Shown here one piece after another: positions 41,035 to 50,344 of a stretch of DNA of 64,000 nucleotides. Where the stretch lies: NCBI GenBank assembly GCA_963737255.1, contig CAVTSB010000001.1, positions 528,379 through 592,378 on the forward strand. The letters run 5' to 3'. Both the position numbers and the translations under genes were made by a program. The notes below the pieces were generated by a model, which had not been told where the DNA came from, did not search any database, and worked only from the letters and a program-made list of their open reading frames with translations. The number at the start of each line of letters is the position of its first letter. The first letter of the stretch is position 1. This stretch comes from an uncultured Bacteroidales bacterium. GTDB lineage: Bacteria > Bacteroidota > Bacteroidia > Bacteroidales > VadinHA17.

Positions 41035-41390
41035 AATACACAAGGCTTTACACTGTGCAAAGTACCCGGTGGTTAGCCCCGGTTGAATTAAATCCTCTAT
41101 AAAAGGATTTTCGACAGGAATTCATCTCCGATACTGCAGAATTGCGGAAATTAACGTTCCTGTAACCGTGCGGGATATTCAGAAAATCAGGAAGCTGTAT
41201 GATGCTCTTTAAGGTGTAGCCAGGGAAAATATCCCTTTCAAGGATAATAATAAGTAAACGATTTGAGTTACATTAATAAATGTGAGTTAATAGGTGTTGA
41301 GGGATATGTGACCAAAAAAACAAATTCAACAAGGGCGTACTAAGTTTACCAACCCGGTACAAGTAAATCCACCTTTTGATGACAAAAATA
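41035..41390 (+). repeat. Near full-length long spacer element, copy F
   Basis: AATACACAAGGCTTTA...GTGCAAAGTACCCGGTGG...GGGATATTCAGAAAATCAGGAA...GGGAAAATATCCCTTTCAAGGATAATAATAAGTAAA...GGTGTTGAGGG...CACCTTTTGATGA. Confidence 0.85.
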
Positions 41391-41660
41391 GTACATAGGG
41401 CATTCACCAAACCGGGATGCTCCGTTAAATTCGCAAGCTAACAATGCCAAAAATGCTTTTCACCATGAAAGAGAAGTTTGTAACATTTGTTACATATTTT
41501 GTATCCTTAGTCAAAATTCACTCTGAATTTAAATCGTTAAATTCTGGTCCAAAACGGGAAAATATGTGAACACAGAATGTAACAATTATTACAATTGAGA
41601 TACAGGCAGTCAAGATATTAAACAAAGAAGTTTTAAATCAATAATCGTAAAACTTGCATT

Positions 41661-42875
41661 ATGAGAATTCTCATTTCAATTATTTTGATTTCGATTTTTA
41701 CAGACCAAACCTATTCACAAAAGAAGATTGTAACATATTATGACAAACTATGGAGACTCACAACGAAAGACTTTGCGGAATATAGCAGGATCAGTTATAT
41801 AGATACAGTTAAATATCAATATACAGGAGAGGTAAAAGATTTCTATATCAATGGAAGTCTGCAAATGAAGGGGAAATATCAAAACAATGTAAAGGTTGAC
41901 AGGTTCTTATTCTATTATCCAAATGGAAATCTGATGACTAATGGATTTTATAAAGATAACAGCAGATGGGGAATTTGGACCAATTATTATGAGAATGGAA
42001 ATGTGAGAGATAAAATTGCTTTTAATAAAGATTTCCTGGGGGCTCTCGAATATTATAATGAAAATGGGGATACTATTATTAAAAATGGAACAGGGCTGTG
42101 GCAAACACAATTTCTGAACGATTTTACTTACAGAATAGGGTTAGTAAAAGGGGAATTCAAAGATTCTCTCAGACATGGAAACTGGAACTATTATACAATC
42201 AGTTTAACACCTGAAGTAGATGAAGAGCCAAGACTTGAATGCACCGAAATTTACGAAAACGGAAGGTTCATTTCAGGTAAATATTATTGGGGAGGAGGGC
42301 ATATTCAGGATATTTACTCTCCGGTCATGACCATATTCCCGGAGTCGGTTAAATTTGAGAATACTGAAACATGGCAAAAAACACCATATGCTTCAAAGAA
42401 CGAATACCCTGTTCTCAGATTTCTGCCTGAATTGGATTCAACACTATTGCCCGTTGATATTTATGCAAGATTCCCAGGAGGATTTGATTCACTAATTACA
42501 ACATTCAATGAGAAAATTAAGCTGCCAAAATCATTAATAAAAGCTGATAAAACACTGGCATGCAGTTTTGGAGTTCTGATTAGTAAGGCTGGCAAATTAA
42601 AAATCATTGAAGATCCAAATCAAGTAGCATTAATTATAAGTCCAGCCAAGAAACCATTTTATGTTCAAGTAAAAAAGATTTTAAAGAATTTACCTGATTG
42701 GGAGCCAGCAAAACGAGACAACAAAAACGTATCAAATCATTTCGATTTCCGTATAATTATGGAAGATGGAAGTATCAAAATTTCAATATCAACACCAAAT
42801 AGACAAAATCCAATAAAAAACTTGTTCCCGATGGCTTCATACGGATCATCAATAAAGAATAATAATAATCTATAA
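41661..42875 (+). CDS. MORN-variant repeat (YwqK-like) exported protein with TonB-C-like tail
   Basis: Repeated YY.NG, G.W..YYENG; C-terminal ARFPGG...WEPAKRDNKNV. Confidence 0.7.
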   Translation: MRILISIILISIFTDQTYSQKKIVTYYDKLWRLTTKDFAEYSRISYIDTVKYQYTGEVKDFYINGSLQMKGKYQNNVKVDRFLFYYPNGNLMTNGFYKDNSRWGIWTNYYENGNVRDKIAFNKDFLGALEYYNENGDTIIKNGTGLWQTQFLNDFTYRIGLVKGEFKDSLRHGNWNYYTISLTPEVDEEPRLECTEIYENGRFISGKYYWGGGHIQDIYSPVMTIFPESVKFENTETWQKTPYASKNEYPVLRFLPELDSTLLPVDIYARFPGGFDSLITTFNEKIKLPKSLIKADKTLACSFGVLISKAGKLKIIEDPNQVALIISPAKKPFYVQVKKILKNLPDWEPAKRDNKNVSNHFDFRIIMEDGSIKISISTPNRQNPIKNLFPMASYGSSIKNNNNL

Positions 42876-42906
42876 CATTTCACAAAAAACTATATAAAAC
42901 CCTGTC

Positions 42907-43000
42907 AAACACAGGGCTTTAAACGGTGCGAAGCACCCGTGGTTAGCCCCAGCCCAATTAAATCCCCCATAAAAGGATTATCCAAAGGATTCATTTCAGG
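42907..43000 (+). repeat. 5' part of the long spacer element, copy G
   Basis: ACACAGGGCTTTAAACGGTGCGAAGCACCCG.GGTTAGCCCC...AATTAAATCCCCCATAAAAGGATTATCC...GGATTCATTTCA. Confidence 0.85.
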
Positions 43001-43053
43001 GTGTTGATGGACAGATTTCGTTCTATATTTGAATAATAGTGATTACTTACCGC

Positions 43054-43776
43054 ATGACAAAAATTTCAACCATTAACAAACTCGGCTTTTTTCCTTCATA
43101 CTCAATTTTCATATCTGCTGCATTATTGCTGTACCTTTTGACCAGATACCTGATTCCATATCTAAGCACAACTACCGGTCAGGAACCCATCCTATTCTGG
43201 TTTATTGTTGGTGGATTAGGAATTTTCACACCCATGATAATTCTGGGAGTGGTATTATTGAGATCAGAAGGACTTACATTCAGCAAAGAAACCTTTACTG
43301 ACAGACTCCGATTCCACAGACTCACTAAAAGAGATTTGTTTTGGACTTTAATTGGTTTTGTAGCTGTTTCATTATCAAGTGCCCTGATCTTAAAATTATT
43401 AGTGCTATTTGTCGGTGAATTTGACCCATCTCCCTCGTTCATGACATTTGAACCGCTCTCAAAAGGACGTTACTGGCTCCTTGCTGTCTGGTTACCCTTT
43501 TGGATTTTAAATATTCTTGGCGAGGAATTCTTATGGCGGGGAGTTATGTTTCCAAAACAAGAGATTGCATTTGGTAAGTATACCTGGATTATACATGGAT
43601 TTGGCTGGGGATTATTTCATCTTGCTTTTGGATGGAAATTACTATTAACCTTAATCCCATTATTATTTATCCAGTCTTTTATAATCCAAAAAACAAAAAA
43701 CACCTGGACGGGCGTAATACTTCATGCTGGATTAAACGGACCGAGCTTTGTAGCAATATCACTAGGATTTCTTTAA
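43054..43776 (+). CDS. CPBP-family (CAAX/Abi) intramembrane glutamic endopeptidase
   Basis: Multi-TM; GEEFLWRG, WGLFH, GVILHAGLN; own TATATTTG -7 box at 43024. Confidence 0.88.
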   Translation: MTKISTINKLGFFPSYSIFISAALLLYLLTRYLIPYLSTTTGQEPILFWFIVGGLGIFTPMIILGVVLLRSEGLTFSKETFTDRLRFHRLTKRDLFWTLIGFVAVSLSSALILKLLVLFVGEFDPSPSFMTFEPLSKGRYWLLAVWLPFWILNILGEEFLWRGVMFPKQEIAFGKYTWIIHGFGWGLFHLAFGWKLLLTLIPLLFIQSFIIQKTKNTWTGVILHAGLNGPSFVAISLGFL

Positions 43777-43782
43777 ATATAA

Positions 43783-43946
43783 CAACACATAACACGGATA
43801 ATGCTACATGGGTCGTGATGCCAATGTAACTTTTCCGTGACTTGAAAAATCCGGTTCTCTATCGTGAACAAGAACAACCCAGGCACGTTTCTGGTACTGA
43901 AGGAGTGTAAAAAATAAGACCTTTTTTTGATGATTTATAACGAGTC
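43783..43946 (+). repeat. attC-like spacer ending in the long-element 3' motif
   Basis: Starts CAACACATAAC just after the stop; ends AAAAATAAGACCTTTTTTTGATGATTTATAACGA-GTC. Confidence 0.7.
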
Positions 43947-44021
43947 AGGTGGCGGGCGAAACAAACTTCTGCTACAGACATAGATTTCTTCTATATTTAC
44001 AATATTCATATCAAACTGAAA

Positions 44022-44987
44022 ATGATATCATACATGTTCAAAAAATCCTTTAACATTATATCACTGTTTGTGTTTACAATTCTCTCTGTCAATGCACAAT
44101 TCCAAACTTCGCAACTGACTAAAACATATTATGACAGCAAACGGGACCGGGAGTTAACAACAGAAATCTGGATTCCGGAAAAATCGAATTCTGAACCATT
44201 TCGATTAATTATGTTTTCCCACGGTACAGGTGGCAACAGGCTTGCTTGTCAGTGGTTTTGTGAAGGACTTGCAAAGAAAGGATTCCTGGTAGCCGCTGTT
44301 GACCATTATGGTAATACTTATACCAATCCTATTCCGAAAGAGTTCGTAACAGTATGGCAGCGACCACTTGATATAAGTTTTGTTTTGTCAAAGCTACTCA
44401 TCGAAAAAGAATTTGCAGGTAAAATAGATGAAAGCAAAATTTATGCTGCTGGATTTTCGCTGGGAGGATATACTTCAATTGCTTTGGCAGGAGCTAATTT
44501 TAACCTGGACAATTTTATTAGATTCATCCATACACCTCAAGGCTTTAAAGAAGCAAACATACCTGAAATGCCTGGCCTTATCAATCTTTTTGATCAGGAC
44601 AGTATTAAACTATCATTCAAAAGAGCTCCAAATCTTAAAGACAATAGAATAAAAGCTGTCTTTGTCATGGCACCTGCATTAGGTCAGGGATTTTTATCGA
44701 AAGACCAAATGAAAGATGTTAACATTCCGATATTTATTGCAGGGGTACAGTCAGACAGTATTGCTCCAATAACTACAAATGCTTTTCATTATAAAGAATT
44801 ATTGCCAAAAGCAGAATGGTTTTTAATAAAAGGCAAAGCAGGGCATTACGTTTTTTTAAATGAAGGGAATGAAGAAATGAAACAGGCAGCACCTACTTTT
44901 TTTAAGGACCCTGATGATGTTGCCAGGCGTAAAATACATCTGGAAATTGTTAACGAAGCGGAATCTTTCTTTTCAGGTCAAAAGTGA
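44022..44987 (+). CDS. Alpha/beta hydrolase (dienelactone hydrolase / PAF-acetylhydrolase-like), exported
   Basis: FSHGTGG, VAAVDHYGN, RPLDIS, GFSLGGYT nucleophile, AGHYVF. Confidence 0.85.
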   Translation: MISYMFKKSFNIISLFVFTILSVNAQFQTSQLTKTYYDSKRDRELTTEIWIPEKSNSEPFRLIMFSHGTGGNRLACQWFCEGLAKKGFLVAAVDHYGNTYTNPIPKEFVTVWQRPLDISFVLSKLLIEKEFAGKIDESKIYAAGFSLGGYTSIALAGANFNLDNFIRFIHTPQGFKEANIPEMPGLINLFDQDSIKLSFKRAPNLKDNRIKAVFVMAPALGQGFLSKDQMKDVNIPIFIAGVQSDSIAPITTNAFHYKELLPKAEWFLIKGKAGHYVFLNEGNEEMKQAAPTFFKDPDDVARRKIHLEIVNEAESFFSGQK

Positions 44988-45071
44988 GATAAAGGACTAT
45001 CTATAGACACTTGAGGCAACCTAAATGAATATAAATTTGTTTATTATCCAATAAATAAGCAAATAATCCAA

Positions 45072-45446
45072 ATGTCAAAGATTAAACCTGCCAGTGTCGA
45101 CGAATATATTAATGCAGCTCCCACTATAGCCCGGGGGAAGTTGCGAGAAATTCGCTCCATTTTAAGGAAAGTTGCTCCAAATGCCACTGAGTTGCTCAAA
45201 TGGGGGTATCCGGTATTTATGGAAAACAGAATTCTCTTTTCCTATTCAGCACATAAAACGCATATAAACTTTATGCCTACAGGTCCCGCTATGGAGCCTT
45301 TCAAGGAAGAACTATCGGAGTTTATTACAGGTAAAGATACCATCCAAATACCTTACGACAGGTCACTTCCAGGGAGACTTTTACAAAAAATTGCTGAATA
45401 TAGAATTAAAGATGTAAGAGAGAATGATGCAAAATGGATGTATTAA
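45072..45446 (+). CDS. DUF1801 (YdhG-like) protein
   Basis: VDEYI..AP, APNATE.LKWGYP, GKDTIQIPYD. Confidence 0.85.
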   Translation: MSKIKPASVDEYINAAPTIARGKLREIRSILRKVAPNATELLKWGYPVFMENRILFSYSAHKTHINFMPTGPAMEPFKEELSEFITGKDTIQIPYDRSLPGRLLQKIAEYRIKDVRENDAKWMY

Positions 45447-45606
45447 AAATGATTCAAAACGAACCCGACCGTGACAAGAGAACTAAAGTAGAGATCTTAA
45501 GAATATATGATACGAGACAGGATCCTAATACATTGACTTTCTAAACGGGCCCTAAAAACAAACACGGACAATGCAACACCCAGCAGGAAACAGCAGAAAA
45601 CCTGAC

Positions 45607-46104
45607 ATGAAATTTATTATCTCCTCCACCTTGATTATTGTAACACTTTTTGTTTGTTCCTGTACAAATAAAAATTCTAAAATTATTGGCTCCTGGAAAG
45701 CATCTTTTGATGACTCATTGGTAAACCCGGTCCAATACCTTGATTTTAATAATGTGGGGAATAAACTTGCAATTTCTATTGATGAGCCAGACGAAGACTG
45801 GTATAACATACCTGGTGAGAAACTTTACTTTCAAAATGACAGTTTACACTTTGAAAGATTCTGGGGATTAGAAAAATATGATGGAAAAATACTGCCCGGA
45901 GACACAGTAATTAAAGGATCAAAACAAATTGATAATAAACATCCTGTTGCATGTACGCTAAAAAGGATTTCAAAAGAGAACCTGCTTTATAAGATCCCCC
46001 GGTCTGGACCAAACGGTAAATCTTTGGTCAGATATAACTACAGTAAACCTGTTCAGAATTCCGGAGTCAACAACTCAGCGTCCTTTGCGGTTACTTTTCA
46101 ATAA
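45607..46104 (+). CDS. Hypothetical lipoprotein, probably a truncated N-terminal domain of a larger protein
   Basis: Lipobox CSC; IIGSW; ends abruptly after YNYSKPVQ; 101-bp segment duplicated at 49028-49128. Confidence 0.55.
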   Translation: MKFIISSTLIIVTLFVCSCTNKNSKIIGSWKASFDDSLVNPVQYLDFNNVGNKLAISIDEPDEDWYNIPGEKLYFQNDSLHFERFWGLEKYDGKILPGDTVIKGSKQIDNKHPVACTLKRISKENLLYKIPRSGPNGKSLVRYNYSKPVQNSGVNNSASFAVTFQ

Positions 46105-46376
46105 TCTATTAGTTCTTCAATGTCCGTTCCGAAGAATATCGGAAGAATATTTGCGAAATAAATCGCAACTGATTTCTAATTTCATCAGGCCAGGTTTAAC
46201 AGGCTCTGCCGAAACATTGAAACTGATGTCATATTTGTTGTGATTAATAAAACAAAACCAGTTGAAAAAGGGTTACTATGTCAGCTCTGTATGGGTATCG
46301 GACAGACTCCCATTTGAACAGGTTTGAAAAGCCTGCTCCTGCGGATTTTAGTAATTAATTCTAATTCATTACTGGT

Positions 46377-47352
46377 ATGAACACATTTAAATCCCTTTAC
46401 ACCAATACGCTTCTTCTGTTATGTGTGTGTTTTCTCAACTTCCTGCTCAGCAACAGGAACTTCAACAGAAATAGTTTTGGTTGGCAGCACCCCGGGAGAC
46501 GAGTTGATTAAATCTTTGCTGACAATTCCCACGGATACAAAAGTAGATTTTATCAGGTGGAATTTAAAGTTAAACAATGCAAATGCCAAGCAGAATTCTT
46601 TTCTGTTGGACATTAATTTTGGGGAATCGCAGCCCAATACATCAGGATTTAAAAATGGCGGAGAAAAACGTAGTTTTGAAGGTACATTTACTGTCTCTGA
46701 AAATAAGGATGTAAACACCGGCAGTGAAATTTATTATCTAAAAAGCAAAAGTCTTCCCAAAGCTATTTCGATAATCAAAATCAGTGAAAACCTTTTTCAC
46801 CTGCTGACACCTCAAAACGAACTTATACCCGGAAATGGAGGGTGGAGCTATTCACTAAACAGGAAAGAGACTGTTAATTCAGGTAAAATTTTAATTTCTT
46901 CAACGATTTCAGACAACAAATCTTTACAACTTGTTTTTGAGGGAAGAACACCCTGTCAGGAAATTTCTTATGAACACCCTGAAATGAACACAAGCCAGTC
47001 GTGCTTTAAATTGAAATGGAAATTAATTCTAAACAAAGATTCTGTAAATCATCTTCCTACAACTTATATCATTCGAAAAGTAGTGGATAATGAGCCTCGT
47101 GACGTTTCAGGAAAATGGACAATTACTACGGGGATACCAGCAAATCCTGATGCAATTATTTATAAAATTGAGCCTGACAAACCCGATGAAGCCATTGCAT
47201 TTCTGGTAGCGGACGACAATGTTTTATTTTTTCTCGACAAAAATAATGAACCTTATATAGGAAACGAAAATTTTAGTTTTACACTAAATAAAAGACAGCC
47301 GCTGACAAGCGGCATAGCCGATAAGGGTCTCGGTGATTTCGAGGGTTTGTGA
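46377..47352 (+). CDS. NlpE N-terminal-like lipoprotein (two CxxC-type modules), frameshift in the signal region
   Basis: ATG 46377 is out of frame with the body ORF 46423-47352; VGSTPGD..FIRWNLKL and FEGRTPCQE..CFKLKWKLIL; last codons run into an attC-like GCCGCTGACAAGCGGC sequence. Confidence 0.6.
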
Positions 47353-47359
47353 CACATTT

Positions 47360-47450
47360 CACCTTTCTACGGCGTATGGCACGTCCCTACCAACACAAAA
47401 TACAAATCAATTTTTAAAACCGTTGAAACCCGGGAGACTCCCGATGGCGT
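47360..47450 (+). repeat. REP half plus second-family spacer end (CCCGGGAGACTCCC-GATGGCGTC)
   Basis: GTCCCTACCAACACAAAATACAAATCAATTT...CCCGGGAGACTCCC matches 35029-35079. Confidence 0.75.
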
Positions 47451-47495
47451 CATTTGTGGGAACACTATTATATTTGCATACTTACTGACTAAAAA

Positions 47496-48293
47496 ATGGA
47501 ACAAACAATTGAACCTGGTGACAAATCCTCAGAAAAAGCATCAAATAATAAACAAGAGACAGTACCTGCTGATGCAAGCATCCCTATTTCAGTTAATAAT
47601 CCAAACCGTGCACCCGGGAAAAAAATCAGAACTTATTTATTTGAGTTTTTGATGCTCTTCCTTGCAGTATTCTGTGGGTTTATAGCAGATAACTGGCGTG
47701 AGAAATTGTCTGAACACCAACGTGAGAAGACATTCATCAGTTCTATTGTAGAAGATATCAAATCAGATACTCTTCAATCTAGTAATGTAATAGAAAGGTT
47801 AAAAGTTATGCATAATGGTATTGATAGTGTTTTAATCGCATTATTATCTCCTGATGTAATTGAGAACTCAAACTATGTGTACAGGATATGGACTAAAAAC
47901 CTGGGACTGGAAGTTTTTGTTTCAAATGACAGGACTATTCAACAACTTAAAAGCAGTGGGGAGTTAAGACTTATAAGGAACAAGGAAGTTTCTGACAGAA
48001 TAATGAGATATGATCAAACCCTTAAAAAATATTACACACAATCCAATTTAATGTACAACGCAATAACAAATATGACTTACTATAGTCAGCTCTTTGATTT
48101 TATTAGTCTTAGTAAAGATCAACAAGTTCCTGTACCCTTAACTGAACAAGGTAAGTTATCTTTGAACCAGGCTTATTCCCACCTTGACTTATGGAACAGA
48201 GGTCTTATCGGATTAATCAGTTGGCTGGAAATTGTTAATGAAGAAGGGAAAAGTTTATTGGTGTTTATTCAAAAAGAATATCGTCTGGAATGA
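47496..48293 (+). CDS. Hypothetical single-TM Bacteroidota protein (DUF6090-like)
   Basis: YLFEFLMLFLAVFCGFIADNWRE, TIQQLKSSGELRLIRN; TATATTTG -7 box at ~47469. Confidence 0.7.
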   Translation: MEQTIEPGDKSSEKASNNKQETVPADASIPISVNNPNRAPGKKIRTYLFEFLMLFLAVFCGFIADNWREKLSEHQREKTFISSIVEDIKSDTLQSSNVIERLKVMHNGIDSVLIALLSPDVIENSNYVYRIWTKNLGLEVFVSNDRTIQQLKSSGELRLIRNKEVSDRIMRYDQTLKKYYTQSNLMYNAITNMTYYSQLFDFISLSKDQQVPVPLTEQGKLSLNQAYSHLDLWNRGLIGLISWLEIVNEEGKSLLVFIQKEYRLE

Positions 48294-48315
48294 CAATATA
48301 ATTACATGAACACAA

Positions 48316-48350
48316 AATAAACAGGGTTTTTAACAGTGCGTCACACCCGG
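48316..48350 (+). repeat. 5' fragment of the long spacer element, copy H
   Basis: AATAAACAGGGTTTTTAACAGTGCGTCACACCCGG. Confidence 0.7.
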
Positions 48351-48391
48351 CGGTTAATGATAATTTTTTATCTTTCATAAAAAGAATAATT

Positions 48392-48643
48392 ATGAAAAGT
48401 TTAAGAATGTCTGCGACAATTACAGTTATCCTTGGATTTCTTTCTGTAATTGCCTTGATCATGCTATTTCTGGCACTTAGTGACATTGCAGATCAGGAAC
48501 CTGATTTAACCCTGGAATGGTATGTTTCCGGGATTTGCATTTTTATTCTCAGTGCATTTACAATTTCTACTTTCTTTACGCTGGGATTCTTGTTTAAATC
48601 TAAAATCCTATATAGCGACCGTGGAGGAAAAGCTTTCAATTAG
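48392..48643 (+). CDS. Small two-TM membrane protein
   Basis: Two hydrophobic helices; LALSDIADQEPDLTLEW. Confidence 0.7.
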   Translation: MKSLRMSATITVILGFLSVIALIMLFLALSDIADQEPDLTLEWYVSGICIFILSAFTISTFFTLGFLFKSKILYSDRGGKAFN

Positions 48644-48817
48644 TGAAAAAGTGCTGCGCATAAAATTAGAGTCAGCAATTGAAGCTTATAAAAACGACAG
48701 GAAATGCAGTTGCGAAAATGATATCCGGGTCGTTGGCTCCGCATGTGATGGTTTTAAATGCTTCCAATGCATAACAGGAAAAAAACGCCCGGCAGGAGAT
48801 TACGAAAAACTATGATC

Positions 48818-48910
48818 CATCCCTTCCATGGATAATAATTAGTTAAAAATATGAGTTACCTTATAAATAAAGCTACTCTTCAATGATTTTTAACGAGTTG
48901 GCGGTCATTT
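48818..48910 (+). repeat. 3' half of the long spacer element (internally deleted) with GTTGGCGGTCATTT cassette start
   Basis: ATCCCTTCCATGGATAATAATTAGTTAAAAATATGAGTTACC ... ATGATTTTTAACGA-GTTGGCGG. Confidence 0.8.
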
Positions 48911-48937
48911 ACAAATAAAATTAAGACTATATAAGGA

Positions 48938-49171
48938 ATGAGAATATTTATACTTCTAATTATCATCCTTTTACCCTGCGCGGCTTCGGGACAGACAATT
49001 GCCAACTGTATTGAAATAATCGATAGTGACTGGTTTAATATACCTGGTGAGAAAATTTACTTTCAAAATGACAGTCTGCACTTTGAAAGATTCCGGGGAT
49101 TTGAAAAATATGATGGGAAAATCCTGCCTGTCATCCAGGACCGGAAACCTGACAACTTTCAATTATCGTGA
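48938..49171 (+). pseudogene. Chimeric remnant: signal peptide fused to a copy of part of 45607-46104
   Basis: DWFNIPGEKIYFQNDSLHFERF.G.EKYDGKILP nearly identical to the 45607 protein. Confidence 0.65.
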
Positions 49172-49253
49172 CCAAAATTTATCACTCAGGTACAATTTCA
49201 GCCAGGTTTTCTTTTAGCTTCACAGAATGAATTCTTAAAAACACAATTACCAT

Positions 49254-49415
49254 GTGCGCAGCACCCGGGGGTGAGTTCCATGGAAATAAATACCCCACAT
49301 AAAGATTATCCATAGGATTCATTTCAAGTATAGCAAAACCGAGGAAATTTGTGCCCCTGTAAGCATCCGGGATATTCGGAAAATCAGGAATCCATTTGAT
49401 GATTTTTAAGGAGTC
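49254..49415 (+). repeat. Long spacer element, copy I (shortened)
   Basis: GTGCGCAGCACCCGG...GATTATCCATAGGATTCATTTCA...GGGATATTCGGAAAATCAGGAA...TTGATGATTTTTAAGGAGTC. Confidence 0.8.
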
Positions 49416-49798
49416 AGCGGTTAGTTGCAATAACGTTAATTTATTTGTCACACTTTTTGCTCTCCTGCTTGCCGGCAGAAAGATGCTCCTGCACATAGGA
49501 CACATTCGCGCTGACCACATGTAACAGGCAGAATTTTAATTAATCAATCTGAATTAATAACAGACTTATATCTCAGGCTGAAGAGGGTCAATTTAAACTG
49601 TTGTTATATAGTCTGGTCTATTATTTTCCCACCAGGCCATTCAATGGAAAATTAGTTCTGAAGTCCTCTGGCAGCTATTATTCAATTGCTCAATCGCTAT
49701 TCATAGACATAGCCGTAAATAAAAATGCATGTATTTTAAAAATTCTTGTAGCGTATCGTAATCCAGGTGCATTTAACAGTTAAACAATCAAATTTAAC

Positions 49799-50344
49799 AT
49801 GACTTGGGAACTTATTCAAAGAATTAAGCAAAAAGAGAAGAAGGCTCAGGAAGAGTTTTATAAAAAATATTCATCACAGATGTTCCGGTTAATTTATCGG
49901 TATGTAAAGAATGAAACAGATGCCGCTGGTATCCTTAATTCAGGATTCTTCAAGATCTTCAGCAAAATCGCCATTGTAAACTATGTAAACGAAATATGCT
50001 TTATTGCCTGGATGAAAAAAATAATGATAAATGAATCGCTTATGTTTTTGAGGCAATGTGATCATTTCATTGATATTGATATTTGTAATAAATCGCTTCC
50101 GGTGAACGAGGCAGATTGTCCTGACACCGGGTTAATAGTCGAAGATTATTACAATTTGATCAGGCAATTACCACAGGAGCTGAGGACCGTCTTTAATTTA
50201 TTCGCCATCGACGGATTTACTCATAAGGAAATAGCGTCAGAATTAAATATATCGGAATCAAGTTCCAGGGTTTATCTGACAAGAGCCAGAGCAATATTAA
50301 GGAAAAGGTTAACAGAAATAAAAATGGAATATGAAAGGAAATAA
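49799..50344 (+). CDS. ECF-type RNA polymerase sigma factor
   Basis: AQEEFYKKY...FIAWMKKIMIN...LPQELRTVFNLFAIDGFTHKEIA..LNISESSSR. Confidence 0.92.
   Translation: MTWELIQRIKQKEKKAQEEFYKKYSSQMFRLIYRYVKNETDAAGILNSGFFKIFSKIAIVNYVNEICFIAWMKKIMINESLMFLRQCDHFIDIDICNKSLPVNEADCPDTGLIVEDYYNLIRQLPQELRTVFNLFAIDGFTHKEIASELNISESSSRVYLTRARAILRKRLTEIKMEYERK

Noticed and set aside
41062-41070. GTACCCGG in spacer copy F matching the tRNA-Leu 3' end (repeated att sites)
   Set aside because: Only 8 bp, and the other copies mostly read GCACCCGG as part of a hairpin; likely coincidence.
45796-49128. Diversity-generating retroelement TR/VR pair
   Set aside because: Differences between the two 101-bp copies are not confined to adenines and no reverse transcriptase is present.
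15905-49415. CRISPR array
   Set aside because: Repeats are separated by whole genes at irregular kb-scale distances, are degenerate, and no cas genes are present.
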